Assembly (NCBI GenBank): GCA_937625935.1
Contig: OW569358.1
Span: 62,001-126,000 of the forward strand
DNA: 64,000 nucleotides
Direction: 5' to 3'
Source: Tetramitus jugosus
Lineage: Eukaryota > Protista > Heterolobosea
Shown piece by piece: positions 59,449 through 64,000 of this stretch. A model generated the notes under the pieces. The model did no database searches, had not been told where the DNA came from, and was given only the letters and a program-made list of their open reading frames with translations. A program made the translations under genes and the position numbers. The first letter of the stretch is position 1, and each line of letters begins with the position of its first letter.

Positions 59449-61668
59449 ATGATCCGTTCAGCACGCTCCCTCATTAACAAGAGAACCATTGTTGCACCTA
59501 GACTGATCAACAGCAAGGTTCAATCTTCTTCTCTCTTCTCCATTGTTTCTTCATCCATCAACAACAATCACATCAACAATAACAATAGTTTGAGAAGCTT
59601 CTCTCTTCAACATCAACTCCTTCAACAAAAGGAAGTGATCGATACCGAAGTCATCTCCAACAATCAACATGACAATGATGATGACATTGTCGTCGAAGAG
59701 AATGAAGACTTGGAAGAGAGCAACAAGCTCAAGAGAGAGGGTCTCATTGAAGAAACAGAGCACGTCATTGGAGCAAAGGAAAATAGAGAATTTCAAACTG
59801 AAACTAAACAATTGTTGCACATTGTTGCATCGGCACTGTACACGGACAAGGAAGTTTTTATTCGTGAATTGATCTCGAACGCTTCTGATGCGTTGGAAAA
59901 GGTTCGTCAATACACCATTACATCATCAGTCGAAGATTCAAACAAGGAACTGTGCATTCGTATCTCTGTCGACGAAGAAAACAGAACATTTACGATTCAG
60001 GACAGTGGTATCGGTATGACCAAGGATGAGTTGATTGAGAATATTGGTACGATTGCTCATTCGGGATCCAAGGCATTTGTGAACAAACTCAAGGAGAATG
60101 TCAATCAGGGAAGTGATGCCGTGAGAAACATTATTGGTCAATTCGGTGTTGGTTTCTACTCGATTTTCATGGTGGCAGACAAGGTCAAGGTCTATTCGAG
60201 ACATGCTGGAGAAGGCAGCCAGGGATACTGTTGGGAGTCTCAAGGCGAAGGAACCTATACCATTTCTGAGGCTGAAGGCGTTGCCAGAGGTACAAAGATT
60301 ATTCTCCATTTGAAGGACAGTGAAAGAGAATTCTCATTCAAGGAAACTGTGGAGAGAATCATCAAAAAGTACTCCAATTTTGTTGCCTACAAGATTTATT
60401 TGAACGGAAACAGAGTGAACACTCTGGATGCCATTTGGTTGAAGCCAAAGAGTGAAGTATCAGAGGAACAGCACAGAGAATTCTTCAACTACTTGTCTCA
60501 GGGATCAGGTGCCGATCCTCAATACGTCATTCAATTCTCTACTGATGTGCCATTGAGCATTCACAGTTTGTTCTATGTGCCAGACAGTCACACTGAAATG
60601 ATGGGTATGGGAAAGATGGAACCAGGTGTCAATGTGTACAGCAGAAAGGTGTTGATCAAGGCAAAGCATCGTGAGATTTTGCCTGATTGGTTGAGATTCC
60701 TCAAGGGTGCTGTCGATTCCGAAGACTTGCCATTGAACATTTCCAGAGAACACTTGCAAGACAGTCCTCTGATCAGAAGAATCAACGGTATTTTGACCAG
60801 AAGAATCCTAAAGTTCTTCCTTGACATCATGAAGGAAGATCGTGTCAAGTACGCCAAATTCTATGACGATTACTCCAAATTCTTCAAGGAGGGTATCTCA
60901 ACTGACTTTTTGTACAAGGACGAGTTGGCAAAGTTGTTGCTATTCGACTCCTCTTCTATGAAGAGTGGAGAGAGAACTTCATTGCAAGAGTATGTCGGCA
61001 GAATGAAGGAGGACCAAAAGAACATTTTCTACATTGTTGCACCAAGCAGATCCGTTGCTGAAAACTCCCCATACTACGAAGTGTTCAAGAAGAAGGGTAT
61101 CGAAGTCATCTTCTCCTACAGTGCTGCGGATGAGTTTGTCATGGGATCCATGGGATACTTTGATGGCAAGGAAATTAAGTCTATTGAAAAGACTGAGATG
61201 GAACATCACGAAGAAGAGAAGAATGAAGCTATCGGTTTGTCTGATGATCAAGTCAAGGAGCTCGGAGATTGGATGAAGAGCATCTTGCCTGGAAAGATTA
61301 GCAGCATCAAATCTACCAAGAGATTGAGCGATACACCAGCTATCATCAAGAACCCAGAAAATGCTGCCATGAGAATGATCAGAAAGATGCAATCTCAAGC
61401 AAATGAGTTGCCATTGGACCCTCAACAAGTTGAAGTGAATCCAAAGCATCCAATCATTGTCAAGCTGTACCAAGCCAAGGACACTGATGCATTAACAGCT
61501 CAAACCATTGCTGAGCAAGTGTTTGACAATGCATTGATCAGTGCTGGTTTGCTCGATGATCCAAGAACCATGTTAAATAGATTATCCAAGTTGATGGAGC
61601 TGTCCATGAAGGAAGTTCCATTGTCTGTCAACAAGAAGAAGTCTTCTGAAGGTGAGCAATCCGCCTAA
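59449..61668 (+). CDS. TRAP1: Mitochondrial Hsp90 (TRAP1/Hsp75)
   Basis: Mitochondrial presequence; FQTETKQLL.IVA.ALY.DKEVFIRELISNASDALEK, IGQFGVGFYS, YSRKVLI and PLNISRE.LQ. Confidence 0.93.
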   Translation: MIRSARSLINKRTIVAPRLINSKVQSSSLFSIVSSSINNNHINNNNSLRSFSLQHQLLQQKEVIDTEVISNNQHDNDDDIVVEENEDLEESNKLKREGLIEETEHVIGAKENREFQTETKQLLHIVASALYTDKEVFIRELISNASDALEKVRQYTITSSVEDSNKELCIRISVDEENRTFTIQDSGIGMTKDELIENIGTIAHSGSKAFVNKLKENVNQGSDAVRNIIGQFGVGFYSIFMVADKVKVYSRHAGEGSQGYCWESQGEGTYTISEAEGVARGTKIILHLKDSEREFSFKETVERIIKKYSNFVAYKIYLNGNRVNTLDAIWLKPKSEVSEEQHREFFNYLSQGSGADPQYVIQFSTDVPLSIHSLFYVPDSHTEMMGMGKMEPGVNVYSRKVLIKAKHREILPDWLRFLKGAVDSEDLPLNISREHLQDSPLIRRINGILTRRILKFFLDIMKEDRVKYAKFYDDYSKFFKEGISTDFLYKDELAKLLLFDSSSMKSGERTSLQEYVGRMKEDQKNIFYIVAPSRSVAENSPYYEVFKKKGIEVIFSYSAADEFVMGSMGYFDGKEIKSIEKTEMEHHEEEKNEAIGLSDDQVKELGDWMKSILPGKISSIKSTKRLSDTPAIIKNPENAAMRMIRKMQSQANELPLDPQQVEVNPKHPIIVKLYQAKDTDALTAQTIAEQVFDNALISAGLLDDPRTMLNRLSKLMELSMKEVPLSVNKKKSSEGEQSA

Positions 61669-61758
61669 GTTGTCGATCTAATAAAACATCTTAACATAAT
61701 TTTTGAGTTACTTCCCGCGCATTGTCGTTATCGGCTCACAACAATTCAGAGATTCCCA

Positions 61759-63856
61759 ATGAAAGAAGACATAATTTCAGAGGAAGGAACAGAATTTAAA
61801 GAGGAAGAGCCAGCGGATGGTGGATTGTTGTTTGAGAGTACAATGGGATTCTCGCCAGCTCAGACCCCATCTCGAAGAGAATTGTTCAGCGAAATAGACA
61901 TGAGTTTGTGTTCAGTCATGTACGAGTCCGATGCTGTGCTCACTAGGTTTCAATTGGAACAGTTGTTGGAGAAGGTGTACCTACTCTCAGAGAGCTTTCA
62001 CAATCAATCAGCTGTTGTGGAGTTACCGAAGTCATTTCTCAGGTCGGTGCTAGATGTAGTAGAAGATGTAGATAAAGGAGTTACATTGGATCAGATTGAT
62101 ACTCTGTTGCATTCGATATTGGTGGAGCTGTTAGCAAAGGAATCTCATTGCTTCTCTGACTTGGAGAAGATATTATTTATTCGATACTCATTGAGTCAAA
62201 AGTCAATCCGAGCTCACGATAAACATTTGTTTGTAATACGCGAGAAAGAGATGGATTTGGCGAAGAGTGAACTCATCGATCAAGAGAGAAGAATCGTAGA
62301 GTTAGCAGAGGTATGTTGTGTGAATGTTATACAAATAATCAAACCAAAATCAATACTAAACTTGAAGCACAATAATACAGTTACTAACGGTGAAGGAGAA
62401 AGAAACTCAGTTATGCCTGGACGAGAAAGCGGAGTTAAATCTCCAGATCCAGCAATTGAAAGAAAAGGTATCAGATCTTGGAGCTCAATCCAACTCACTA
62501 TTAGGACAACTTTCTGAGGAGAAGGATAGATATTCGTCATTAGAGAGTGAGTTCAATTTATACAAGACCACCGCTGAGAGGAACGTTAAAAGATATGAAG
62601 ATCAAATTCAGGATAAGGAAAAGGAGATCGAAGATCTGAATCGAAAGATATCGTCGATGCATAAGAGCGATAGTGATAAAAGTACAGCAAGGCTGAAGAA
62701 CACCATAAACGAGATGAGAAAGAGGGAAGATGATATCTTACTGAATCTAGAGAAGAAGCGCATGGAAGACAGGAAATGGTATGGAAATCAGATTATGATA
62801 CTGGAGACAGATAGAGATATGTACTACAATCAATGTTGTACTCTTCAGGATGAATTAGCGGGCATACATCAGGAATATGAACGTTGTTTGAAGGACAAAG
62901 ACGAAGCAATTGATGAGATGAGAAAGAAATTAGAAGAGGTCGTGAGCTCTGTTAAGAGCAGAGAACAGAATTCGGAAGCAAAGAAAAATAAGAGTTCAGA
63001 TAGTGTTGACAAGGTTGAGAAGCGAGATAGAGATATTAAGGAGCTTCAGGAGGAGCTACTTGCTATTGAAGTGAGAGATGACTCCGCATGGAAACAACTT
63101 ACAGATTTGTTAACTGCAATGCAAAAGAAAATGGAGGAAGCAAAGAATATATCTGTGTTAAGTCGGCAGATTTTGTTCAATGACACCACTGGGAGTCCAG
63201 ATAAAGCTAGTCGAAGTATGGATAGACGGGTGTTATTCTCTCCGAAGTTAACTGACTTGGATCTTCTGAATGCGTCGAATGCAAGTCAGGAAGAAAATGA
63301 TGATCAAAATCCTCTCGAAATTAGGCATCAACTATCACCAATTGTCTTATCTAATCATGGCGAGTCAGCTCTTTTGTCTCCAATGTCTCGTTTAGTGGAC
63401 AAAGAGTACAATAGTAAATACAACCAAGTTGTACAGGATCTGGAAACCAAATTGGAAGAGCTCCAGTCCGAAAACCAATTACTTCGATCAAAGCTCGATG
63501 TCTTGAATGATGAATTGCTCGAGAGAACAGAGAAACTCCACATCCTCGAAGAAGAACACCTTCAAGCATCTCAAGCCTCTTCCAATGCCTCACACGAAGA
63601 GGAGGACTCAAAAACTCACAAGGATTCTTACATGAGGATCAAACGAAGAGAATACGAAGCTCTCCTCTGTGAAAGTAGAGAACTTCAGGAGAGATACCAC
63701 CAAAAGTTCTCTCGCTACAAGAAAGAGATTGGATCACTCCAGGCACAGCTCGACAGCTTTGCTCGAGAACGCAGCAGCTACGAAAGACGGTTGGCGAGTC
63801 TCCTCGATGAAAAGCAAGAAACTGATCTCAAACTCTACATGGTTCGCAATCAATAG
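61759..63856 (+). CDS. Coiled-coil protein, paralogue of 9888..11669; intron 62311..62380
   Basis: A GTATGT..CAG phase-0 intron joins ORFs 61759 and 62390; shares motif blocks with the gene at 9888. Confidence 0.72.
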
Positions 63857-64000
63857 GCACAAAGACACACAAAGGATAACACGTGTCCAAAAACTGTTTC
63901 AGTAAAAAAAGATGGTGGTCATGATCTCCAAAAAACCAAAGCACACTTCACATCACCACCACTCGGCATGTCACACCAAAAGAAGAGCAATAACAATAAA

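Overview
Gene-dense, intron-poor eukaryotic DNA (roughly 40% GC, short GT..AG introns mostly with GTATGT donors, N/Q microsatellite-like tracts). It resembles a free-living protist, possibly heterolobosean-like, but the taxon is inferred only. Housekeeping genes: Timeless/Tof1, Maf, Hikeshi, OSBP, proteasome beta-7, Msp1/ATAD1, CCR4-like EEP, Zn2Cys6 factor, alpha-SNAP, PPDK, SMARCAL1-like helicase, RGS, Sfi1-like, Asteroid-like, a glycosyltransferase, MFS, nucleoplasmin-like, Rpf1 and TRAP1. There are four tRNA genes (Ile-AAT, intron-containing Cys-GCA, Gly-TCC, Arg-ACG). The main finding is a tRNA-gene-targeted non-LTR retrotransposon system. Three insertions with target-site duplications and A-rich tails sit head-to-head 42-51 nt upstream of the tRNA-Cys and tRNA-Gly genes. 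Two are 5'-truncated ORF2 ends and one is an apparently intact ORF1-only (RRM + coiled-coil) element, and all share a 3' terminal stem-loop. This parallels Dictyostelium TRE5. Also notable: a UxxC thioredoxin-fold selenoprotein split by the ORF track, with a type II SECIS; a catalytically dead CBM52-GH16 protein; a dead Mutator-derived gene broken by a 5-bp duplication; and a ~4 kb mosaic of gene fragments between ~250-bp direct repeats.
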